NCBI GenBank assembly: GCA_051294375.1 | Contig: CM119269.1 | Location: 19,205,422 to 19,269,421 of the forward strand | Direction of reading: 5' to 3' | Length of the DNA: 64,000 nt | Origin: Paraspadella gotoi | Lineage: Eukaryota; Animalia; Chaetognatha | Part shown: in pieces, positions 14,701-26,629 of the stretch | How positions within the stretch are numbered: the first letter of the stretch is position 1 | Layout: every line of letters begins with the position of its first letter | Made by a program: the position numbers and the translations under genes | The notes under the pieces: generated by a model | Told to the model about the DNA's origin: nothing | The model's input: only the letters and a program-made list of their open reading frames with translations | Database searches by the model: none

Positions 14701-16816
14701 TGTTTGATATTCTTAAAGAAAGATAATCCATGTTGTCTTCAGCTTAAAAAAAAACTTCATTCTCGAACATCTAAGTTTGGTTTTCAATTTCCGTGAAGTT
14801 CGAGAAATGATAAAAGCAATATTGCTCTCATGCGGATAAAAGGCACTCGAGGAATCAGCCAATTTTTGTTTTTTGGTTTTTTTAGTTATATTTATTTATA
14901 TATATTTTTAGAAATCAAGAGATAAAAAAAGAAAGTCTGTTGTTTGGTTAATTTCATAAAACGTGGGAAGACAAATAATTTTTCGATCGGTTAGTTCCTT
15001 ACGTTGTGCTTTGGCGGATTTTCAGTTCATTTTCAGTTATTTTTTTTTTCGCGGTCACGCCGAAGTGGACCTTCGTAATTAAAATTTTTTGCGAGCCTCT
15101 TCTTTCGTATTAAATATTTTAGCTTAGATTAAATTAAGTAAAAGATTTATCGTATAGTCAAAAAGGAAAAAAAAAATGTAAATCATCTCTTCCATTTCTT
15201 GTTGTCTCTTTGTAATAAAAAAGTAATAATATGTAGTAATAAAGAAATAAGGAAAGAAAATGGGATCATGTGTCGCCAATTGCCAATTGAGCCGGCGGGT
15301 GGGCCAGTTTTATCCGGTTTAATAACAAACCTGGGTCCAAGCCAAGTAATTTCCTTTCACTTTTAACTGATGGAGAAACTTCTATTTTAAAATGAAATGT
15401 AAAAGCTTTTTATTATGACTATGGATTAAATTGTAAATGTAACGATTAATAAGTTAAAAAAATACCATATTTTATTTCCTATCAAACAACAAACCATTAG
15501 ACGATAATATGGTAACATTAACAGTAAACTCATTCTCGGAGGATGAAAACCCTCTAATCAGAATCAATAAAGAAGTGACTTCCCACGGGCATCCGTCCAA
15601 TATAAAAGTGATTGAAACATTATTTATCTTCTTACCCCGTAGGTAATCTTTTTCGAGTTTCAACCAGTTTTGACTGGATGTTTAACAAACGAAAAGAATT
15701 TAATTAATGTATCGTGTTATAAATTTATTATTTATCTTGAAGCGAAATTTTTAACAGATCTAGTTCGATTAATGAAGACTTCAAGTTAGTTTACAATAAA
15801 ACAAAATTAGGTACTGATTCTAAAGACGATTTTTAAGATCAGTGAAACGGAAAAAAGGGTGAAAAAAAACCCGATGAATTATTTTTTTAAAGAAAAATTA
15901 CAGGAAAAAAATAGCATGTAACCTGAGTGATTGCCAAAAGCGCGACCGTTTCAGCCACTTATTAATTAACAGAAAATCGGGCCGTGACTCCCGATGTTAA
16001 TTTGCGAAGAAATCGTCGAAGAGACTGGGACGCGGGTCCTCGTTCACGCTGGGTTTTTCGATTTTTTTTAAAGTTTAGTTTAGCTTTAATTAAAAAAATT
16101 GCTAAATAAACATTTTATACTATGAGTTTTAAACTGACAATACAATTCCTCTACCTTCTTTAATTTTTTTTCATTTCCTCGACCCAGAACTCGGGACCGG
16201 TTCGAGCCCGCCCCCGTGCCCGGCCGGCACCTTCTCCGCCCGGCGCGGGTTGACGGCCGCGTCCGAGTGCTCCCCCTGCCGCAACGGGTCCTACTGCGGA
16301 TCGCCGGGACTCGTCGAGCCGTCCGGGCTGTGCAAAGAAGGTAAGGAGGCTTTGCGATAAAAAAGTAATGGACTCATGAAAAGTGGGGGAACAGGGGCAT
16401 TCTCAATGCGGAGAAATCGTAATGCTCAATATAAACAAATAATTGACGCAGTTGAATTTAAGATACAAATAATTTAAAACAGAAGAGGAGCGCCGAGATT
16501 TTCGTTAATATTTGGAAACAAATCCGAACAAATTAAACTTGAGGTCGGCGTCGTAAACTAATTCGAAACAGGTCGGCCATTCAGAGGGAAAAAAGGGAAG
16601 AATGATCTCGAATCTCGCGGATTTCTAAGAAAAGCTATCAAGCAAAAACAAAACCAGACAAAATCCAAACGATAACAAAAGAGAAGAAGACACATTTAAT
16701 ATCGGGAATTTTTTATTTGGCACAAAAATAAAAAAAAAGTTCTACCATAACTGTTCAGACGGTCTGATTGACGCTTTTGTTCGATTTGGAAAAAATCTCT
16801 GAATAACGTCTTGGTC

Positions 16817-16903
<87 letters not shown>

Positions 16904-19013
16904 CCCCCACCCATTTTCCTGCCTTTTCTCCTCCGTTTTTTCAAACAATATCTTTATTTCTTTCTCCTTTATATATTGTTATTCTCTACTTTAATTCCCA
17001 TATTTCTCTGTTTCTTCCTTCCACCTATTTCCCCTTTTTTCGCACAGAATCCTGTATTCTTCTCCTCCTTTTCGGTTGATTAATTTCAATCCGTTCGGTA
17101 CGAGAGCAACGAAGCTTTTTCCGCTGCTGCCGTCGCCGCCCGTGCTGTTGTCGCAGCTGTTTATGCTGCTGTGATAGTCGTCGTCTTCGGGAAAACCTTC
17201 CTCCCATTGAACGTCTCTGATCCGAAGAATTGTGGGCGGGTCGGACCACGGGGTAAACCACACCCACCCGCGTTGTGGTCCCGGATAGAAGCCCCACAAC
17301 CATATTTGGTCGGGGGTCTTCGCCCGCGCGCGGCTGCCGATCTCAGTCATTTCCTGGTGGTCGGGAGGAGGCAGGGGAAGAGTAAGCGAGAAGGAAGGGA
17401 GGAAAAAGGGTGAAGAGAGATTAAAAGATAAAAGAGTAAAGGATGGGGAACAAAAAGAAATTAAGCGTAAAAAATATTATGAGTAGAATACTAGGAGTCG
17501 CGGTCGATTCATTAGTTTAATGATAGCGACGAAAATTAATTAGTCCATTGTACAAATACCAGTAAATACTCCAAGATTTTAATTAATTTTTATTATAATT
17601 CGTTGAAGACTTGAATAAGAATATTGAAAAGAAGCCGATGAAGCAGATTTTCTCGCCTCCGGATCTTCCATCGCCGAGAGAAAAGATCCGGGGAAAAGAT
17701 CTCGGCATATTTCTGACGCTTCCTCCCACGTCGCGTCGAAAGAGGATAAGTAGTAGTCAGCGTTCTCCCAGTGGCCGAGATGGTGCCACTGAGAAGGGAC
17801 ACCATCTGGAGTTGATCAAAACAAGTGGTATAAACTGAAATTGCAGTAGTCAGACCGAACGGTCAAGACCCTAAATAACAACAAATCTATAAAACTATAT
17901 ACAATTCGTTGCCTTCACGAATGGGCGAATTTTTGTTCTCATCACGAATTGTGATTGTGTTTACCGTTTTCGAGTCTGGTTCCTGATGCCAAAAAAACGG
18001 AGAGCAGATTCCAAGGGATAAAAACAATTAAAAAATTGTAATGCATGTCAATTTAATAAATTCGAATACCTTCGGAATTAAAACCCAAAATTTATGTTGT
18101 TTTAAAATTTAACAAAAAAATCGAAATGAATTGATTTTCTTGAGGTTAGAAAACTAACCGCGAGACGCAACACAACGATCAAGACCTGAAATTAAAAGGA
18201 CCACAATGAACTCGTCAACGACTGACAGTGACAAGTTTTTTGTTGACGAATTTCGAGTTTCTTGTTTGGTTTCCGTCAGATTCAAAAAGATATGGTTTCT
18301 TGCTCGATTAAAACAAAGAAGATAAGCGGATAAAAGTGGAATCGGAAGCGTGTAGAATGAAATATAAACAGTTTGAAAGGACTGCAAAAAAAAAATTGAA
18401 TAAAAGAGAATAAAATATTTTTTGTTTAGTGAACGCATAAGAGAACGACTCTAAGAATGTACCGATTGCCGCCTCCGCTCATCAATTCCGGCAATCCGAT
18501 AGTTTTTGTAAATCACTTACTCCCTAAAATTATACAATATTTTTTTCCTTTTTTTTTCAATTTTTTTACACATTTATTTAATTTTTCCTTCCTACTTGGA
18601 GAATTTGTCTCTTACTTTTTTTTACTATGAGCACATAGAGCAGTTTCCCTTTACTTTCTATAGAATTTTGCTCTTCGGTCTGCACCCACTAGATCTTCAC
18701 TTTACAAACAAAAGAACATTTTTCAAAATAAAATATTGGGAAACGTTTTAATGTTTTTTATAACGACTTTATTAGTATCAGAACATATATGTTTTGGCTT
18801 ATGTACAAGCCTTCATTAGCGTTAACATTTGTTTTGTGAATTTGTGAAATTATTTTGCGCAAAAGAAGAAGAGAGAGAGAGAGAAAAAAAATAAAGAGAG
18901 AGGGCAAAGTTTCCAACACAGAGATGAGAAAAGAATAGTGGTCAGATGTGAGGACAGGTTCAGGTGAGGACAGATTGAGTTAAATTGTGAAAAAGAAATT
19001 AAATGGTGAAAGG

Positions 19014-19053
<40 letters not shown>

Positions 19054-21342
19054 AATATTAAAAAACAATACATTATGCAAAATATAACAAAGATAAATTC
19101 TTTAAACTAAAAGTAAAAATAAATATTTAACAGTTAACTACTATAAATTAGTGAATATGAAAATGAAAAATGAAAGGTGATACTAATAAAATCGTTGTAA
19201 AAAACATTAAAATGTCTCCCAATACTCAATGAAAAAAAAGGAAATTCATGATGTCCAAAAATAAAAAAGCAATAAAATTTATTTTAAGTATATCCAACCG
19301 GTTTTAATCTTTTTTCTGAAACAAAAGAACAGTCCTATTATATTTTATTTATGTTTTTACCCTATTCTACTAGAGAGCACTACAAAAAAAGATGTTATTT
19401 TTAAGACAAAGGAATATTAAAATAAACTTTAGCTGCTCCCACTAAATCTTTACTTGCACCCACTCTTCAACAAAATAGCAATTTTTTTTAAAAATTTTGA
19501 TTATCTTAAATATTTTCTTTTTTTTCTATTGTTCAACAAATATTTTTTTTTATTCTATTTTATTTTATTCTTTTTTTTCTATGTCTTGATCAAAGCTTTT
19601 GAATCAAATATCAAAACAAAAATAATATTGTTTTGCTTTATAAAATATTTTTGCAAGTACCAAAATGATATTAGTACCACAGTAACAGTTCAGTTTAAGC
19701 CCTTGAAAGTGATTTACATGTATTGGCGCAGCCACTAGTTTGCTTGTTCTTTGATCTAAATACTATCCGATATCAGGATATGTTCTCTATTCAATACAAC
19801 GACAACGACGCCAACAATAGACTATTGTGGGCGTCGTTGTCGTCGTTGTCGCCGTCTTCTTCGTATCCTTTCCAGTTTTCGTCAACGATTTCCGATATTT
19901 ATTTTTAATTATGCTAACGCTATGTTCATTTGTTCCTCGCGCACCTTGTTTGAATCTAACTTGAATGAATATTTGTTTCCTTTCGATGATGATTAATGAT
20001 GATAGTGATCTAGCAGTTAACGAGAAAGACGCCGAGGACGACTATTATGCAAAAAATGATATGTTGTGTTTTTTTGTTGCAATACTAATGATTAAATTAG
20101 CAAGGCGAATGCAACCATAACGATGACGATATTCAACAAAATTATAGTATAGTATAATACTATAAGCAATAGTATATGAAGAGCAACTCCGCAATTTTCC
20201 CAAAAACAAATAATAACAACAACACCAAGCAACACCATAATAAGAAAAAAGCCGATAATTTCTATCAAAAGGAAATAAAATGAGATGACAACGAGAATGA
20301 TGACGATGACGACGACGTCGTCGAATTGACGAAAGAATCCTCAAAAAATTCTCAGCGGAAGTTGATTTTATCGTATTTCAATACGGGCTTATTAACAAGA
20401 TGCCTAGTTAGTAAAGTGTCCTTTCTTTGCTTTTTAAAATATTTTTAGGAAAAGCGAGAAAAAATCTTGAATAAATTTTTCACGATGAGTCGAGTTAAAT
20501 ATGACGAATGAGATGAATCGATGTATTGAAACAAAAAAAAATTAATAGAATCGATTTGACTAATTTTACAATGCGGCATTTATTTTTAGAGGGATAGATT
20601 TGCAATTAAGACAATTCCAAAAATACTTTCAAATATTTTATAGGGTAAAGTTTTGCGATCGGCGTTGAAACAGAGCGAATGAATTAATAATTCCTAGTGA
20701 GAATTTGAATCTTCAAAGAATTTTCTTTCATAATAATAATAATATTTATCATGATCTCCACTTTACAGTTCATCCCATGGTTCCTTTTCCCATTTGACCC
20801 TCAAACCTTTCAGGCTACTACTGTCCAGGCGGCGCTGTGACCCCCGACGCTTTTCCGTGTCCGGCCGGCTACCACTGCCCTGAAGGGAGCCCCCTGTACG
20901 TTAAGTGCCCTTCGGGGTCGTATCAGGATCGAGCAGCTCAAGCAGCGTGCAAAGAATGTCTCGAGGGTGAGTTTTTTTACTGAATAATGATAATAACAAT
21001 AAAACTCATATGGACGAAAGTTATGACGGAAAACGACTTTCACTCAATTACGACTGTTTTGTATATTTACTTGTGATTCCGAGTTACACAACAGTCCATT
21101 GCGCAACGCTTTCCATCAGATGAGCCAGTTATTTGATTTCTAAGACGGTGCATGGGAGAACTTGCTAATTCGCTGCCTAAATCATTCATAGCTAAGAAGC
21201 TTATGACTCGAGTTTGGTAAACCGTAAACGAAAGAAAAAGTAGAAAAAGAGTCATTTTTTTTGTTTTTATATCTGTAATTTTTTTTTAGTCAACATAATA
21301 AACTGATCAACGAGAAATAAAAATAAGGAAAGCTCATTAGCT

Positions 21343-21395
<53 letters not shown>

Positions 21396-24300
21396 GTGAT
21401 TCTCCTCTTTGCAGCGCCATCTCTTCCCGCTGTTGAGTTTAGTCATCACCCGCGTTGACGGAAAATCTTGTTTCCTTTTTCACGAAGACGATCCTCTTAT
21501 TCTCTTCCTCTTCCTCTTCCTCGTTCGACTCCATGTCTCTACGCTCGATCTCACTCCCTTTATTCTGTCAGCTTTCTCTCTCTCTTTCTCTCTCTCCCTC
21601 TCTCTCTCTCCTCTTCCTCCTCCTACCGTTCCCTCTCACTCCACCACCAGTCCCTCCCCAAGCCTCTCCATCACCGGTCTCCCCAGCAACTCCTCGTACT
21701 CCTCCATCCCGACGCGAAACCTCAATCGCTTTGGCTTTGTCCGCGCCTCCAGCTTGATGAGGCACGCCTCCGCAACGTTGACGCTGAACTGGTTGGCGCT
21801 CAGATCGAGGAATCTGACGGAGGTGTTGGCGAGTAGGCCATCAGCGAGCGCCGTCGCCCCGGGGTTGTAGACGGCGTTGTCGGAGAGGTCGAGATGCTCG
21901 AGGGTGGAGATGTTGGGGAGGTGTTGGGCGAGGACGGAGACGGAGGTGTCGGCCAGGCGGTTGGAGGAGAGGTCGAGTAGCTTGAGGGGGGCCTGTGAAA
22001 CGGTATAGATGTAGATCGCAGATATCGCACTCTTCATCTCCTTCAACAAACCCACCTTGATTTCCTCCATGTAGTCGAAGAGATTCTCGGCGGCCTCGTC
22101 GTCCATATCGCAGTCAGTGATGACGACCGTGTGCAGAGCCTCGCCTCTCAACAGCAGGCGACCGATAGAGGAGGCGATCTCGTTGGTGATGGTGTTGCGT
22201 TGGCAGATTCTTGCGCGAGTCGCGATGCTCGCCATATCCGCGTTAGACTTTAAGAGAAAAGTTAAGGGAGCGTGGATGATCTTTTATCCCTTTATATATA
22301 TATAAATACCTAATTTATATATTTAAAAATAAAATAAATTATAATATTTAGATAACTTTTATACATAAAAATTCTCTTTTTTTAAAAGTTTTTTAATTTG
22401 ATTTTTTGATTTAGGAAATAATGAATTTATTAAGTTTATTACTTTCGACAAAATTTAATTATTTTACTTATGTCCAAAGATCATTCACACTCCCCTTAAG
22501 CGCATAGACCCTATACGCGACGACCCGTTCCAACTGGATAGCCAGGATGTTTGTGCACATCTCCAGAGTCTCGAAGAGGGGGATGGCGTTCTGCGCGGGA
22601 AGGAAACAGGACACGAGATGCAACTTCTCGAAGGTTCGGCTCATTTTGGAGATGTGCTCCTCCAGCATGGAGGCGGCGAGCGACTCCACGTTGCACAGCC
22701 GGAGTTTGATGCGTTTAAAGAGGGCCGGCCAGGCTTTGAGGATGTAGCTGGGGATAGGCATTAAAGAAAATATTTGAAAATGAGTCAGTGAGCTACTTTA
22801 CCTAAAATATTCTACCCGGAGTCGAATATAATATCTATCGAGGGTTCAAAAAGAACGTTGGACCAATATTGGATTGATTTAATTCCTGCAATACATCCCC
22901 CCCCCGTACAATTTCCCTGCCAACATCCCACCAAAATACTCACGCCAGCCTATGGGCGCTGCTGTAGGAGTCGAGGCAGACCGAATGCAGCGCCAGGGGT
23001 TTGAGAAAACAGGCGCGGATCATGCGGAACTGTCGCTTCTCCAGGTTGGGGGCGCGGTTCATCTGACCGACGAGGGTCACGTGATCGAGGGTCTGGTTCT
23101 TGTTGAAGGCGAGGAGGAGGAAGTCGAGGAAGAACTAGGGAAGCGTCGGAGGAAGGGGGGGGAGGAAATGGATGGATTAGTTATGCGAACTTAATTTTAA
23201 ATAATTAATTATAAAACGAATAGTTCATTATGTATGTCAGTTTGTTTGTATAGTGACGCCCAGTCTCAATCTATTATTCTGACGCTCTTTTTCCCCCTCA
23301 CGTATTTTCCTTGTTCTCGAATGAACCAGGAATAAAGCAAAATAAAAAAAAAACTATTGATCGAATCCTTCGACCGAAGGTGAAGCCGGGCTATTTTATT
23401 AACTTTTCCAATGCTGAAATTGACAGAAAGAAAAAAAAATAAAATAAAAGCCGAGGAAGAAAAAGAATGGAAACGTTCTTTATCTTTTCAATGGTTTCAA
23501 TCTCAGTCTAAAAATTCCCTTTTATTTTCACGTGTTGCAAAAGATGGATTTTTCTTCTCTCACGTGTTTCACCTTTTGCGGATTCCGTTGATTTTCTTTT
23601 GAAATCCAGTGCAAAGAGATTTTTTTCCCTCGCGGATATATTTTTTTTTAGTCCGCCAAGACTCAATTTATTAATGACTTGTTTCCGCATATTTTGTCAG
23701 TTTTCTTCCTTCTTTTCCCTTTGGGTGCTCGATTTTCATTTTAACTCCATTCTTTCAATGTTTTCTTTTAGTTTTATTTCTTCTCTTCCTTCCTTCCTTC
23801 CTTCCTTCCTTCCTTCCTCCCCCTCTTTCCCGACGCCCCTTCCCCTATCTCCATTTCCCCACCCTTCACTCCTCCCTTCATCCCCCAACCTGCACGTCCA
23901 AGAGAAAGTGGCTCACGAGGACCAGCCGCTGGACGGCGATGCTCTTCCCGATAAACTTGGCCAAAAGAAGAGCGTGGACGCGTTTGAGGTGCATCCCGTC
24001 CATTTGAATGACGAAGGTCTTCGACTTGAGGCGAGGGCGCGTCAGCAGGCGGACCAGCACCTGAGTGGAGAATGAATTAATGAATTAATTAATGAATGAA
24101 TCAATCAATCAATCATTCAATCACTTTTGCATCCCGCATTTCCCTCACCCCTACCTTGAGCGAGAGCGCCGTCGTCCTCAAGTGAGAGATGACGAGAACG
24201 TCGGGCATCGAGATGGCGAGAGGCGTCACCACGGAGAGGTTGTATCCCGCCTCGGAGAAGCACTCGAACGCCAACTGGACGTCCTTGAGAGTTCCCTGCA

Positions 24301-25066
24301 CGGGGCACACCGAGCACAGGGATATAAAACATTAGAAAGAAACCGTTAGAAAAGATAGAATGAGTTAAAAATTGATAAGACACAAAGACAGACCAACGTG
24401 GAAAGAGTCAATCAATAGATGTGCCATTACCTGCGTCAGTGGCGTCTCTAAAGCGTTGATCTTCCCCTGCGTCAAATCTCTGGCAAAGGCGGCTTCCGCT
24501 GGCGAGTACCTCTTGCTGCTCAGCTGCGCCAGACATTGGAAGATGCGCTTCTGCAGCACCTCGTCGTTTTCGCAAAGGCCGGAGATAAAGACGCAGGCGA
24601 GATTGACGAGGTCGTTCTCAGCCAGTTCCGGGAACGTCTGGAGGAAGATGTTTGTAAGGCATTGAGGAGACAGTGATTATTTATATGTGTTGATAAGAGA
24701 ACCGTTCACTATAAGCAGTCCCTGAGCTTCGAATCAGGCTGTAACACCGAGTTACAGGCGGGTTAAGCGCCCCGTCCCTCTTAACTGCTAGGCGGCCACC
24801 GGCCTGGAACCCCGGACCTTTGGGTTGGGAGGCGAATGACTTGCCTCCGGCACCAATGGCCGCTGATGAACGGTTGGTGGATTTTAATCCACCATAGCAT
24901 GCATATTAATTGGTTCATGGTATGGTATTATTCAAAAGCTTTAACAAAGTTTGGAAATATTTTCGTCAACGATTTTTATTCATTAATATACGGACATGTT
25001 TCGACTCTTCATTTCGAGTCTTCATCAGCGTTTAGTGATGCATTTACAAATTTGTGTAAAAGAAGG

Positions 25067-25126
<60 letters not shown>

Positions 25127-26571
25127 GGGAGAGACAAAATAATACATTATGTAATGTACAACAAGGAATAAGTTTAAACTAATGGTGAATTTAACAATTA
25201 TTCTAATAATAAACAGTAATGAAAGGAAAGAAAGTTTTTAAATGTGAAGTGATACATATTCAAAAGCTTTAAATATTTTTCAACTCACCCGAAACTGAAA
25301 CTCTCTGTCCTGATCGATGAAATGTTGAGCGGCCAGAAATTGTTGGAACATCTTATGAGAGAAGGAGAAAGTGGATTTGGCCCAGGGGTTGTTGCCCACG
25401 GGGTTGTTCTCGTTGAGGAAGCCGAGTTGCGTCACCAGAGGAACGTCGAGATTGTTTTGGCGAAGTTGGTTCTGGAGGAGAAAGGTGGGATTTTTTTAAA
25501 GGCAGTAACTTTTGGTTTATTCAAAATAAGAGGGTAGTTCGTCTATATCATTTACATATTGTAGTAGTTTGGATTTTTTCTCATATCTATTGATTCATTT
25601 ACTTATATGTATGTTTAATTTTATTGTTTAGCTTAAATTTTAATAGGGTTTAAACTTTAACAATGACTTAGCTTTTTAAAAATAGTTAAACATTTTGCGG
25701 TAAAATGGTTTGCTTAATAAATAAAACAATTTTTTTTATAGCTCAAATATCCTTATGATTATAAAATATTTCTTCAAACTTTTGAAAATAAATTAAAAAG
25801 CATTCAGTACAGTGATTTAGTTTTGACTCGTTCATCTTTTTCCTGTCTTTTACGCCGTCACCGTTCTTCCTTATGTTAATACTGTTATTGGTATTAATAA
25901 AAAAAAAATGCATTCTTCTCGCTAACACCGGAACTACAAGAAACAATAAGAAAAATGAAAAAAATACTGTACTGAAATCTGTGGCGAACAAATAGTAAGA
26001 AGAAAAACTTAAAAACAGTGACGACCCCCCCCGAGAACAACAACAACAACAGCAACGTACCAACTAGAAAAAAAACAACCAAGCAATCAACCAATCAACC
26101 AAGCAATCAACCTGCGTAAAGAAATACTCTTCCTCGAGGATCCCGTCGAAAGCGAGTTGACGAATCTTGGTCATCGCGAAGGCGACGTTGGCGTCGAAAC
26201 GCAAACTCTTCACCGCAGCTTCCGACTCCGCGTAGCGAGAGATCATCATGTTGACGATGAGTTGGAAGAGCTCCGTTTTGCTCTGGGTGAACTCCTGCGA
26301 GGTTGGAGAAGAGCGTGGGATGGTCAAGAGTCGCGTTTGGAAACTTGGATCATAAAATTCATTATGGGGTTCATCATGAAAGTAAACTTCCATCATCATA
26401 ATTAAGAAATATTAATAATTTTTTATCAATATCAACATTCAACAACGTCATCAGCTTCTTCCTCTTCAGCATCATCGGTATTGTCGAGACAACGGTCATC
26501 ATAATCATTTTTAAATTGTCATCATTATCAACGACATCCAACTGATCCATAACATCTTCCTCATCGTGAGT

Positions 26572-26629
<58 letters not shown>

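Noticed and set aside
16696-17083. ERERER / SLSLSL ORFs (also at 45015, 46283 and elsewhere)
   Set aside because: Translations of (GA)n microsatellites.
24792-24863. Functional tRNA-Gly(CCC) gene
   Set aside because: Anticodon stem and D-arm pair poorly and the T-loop deviates (TTCCAGG); treated as a SINE head or pseudo-tRNA.
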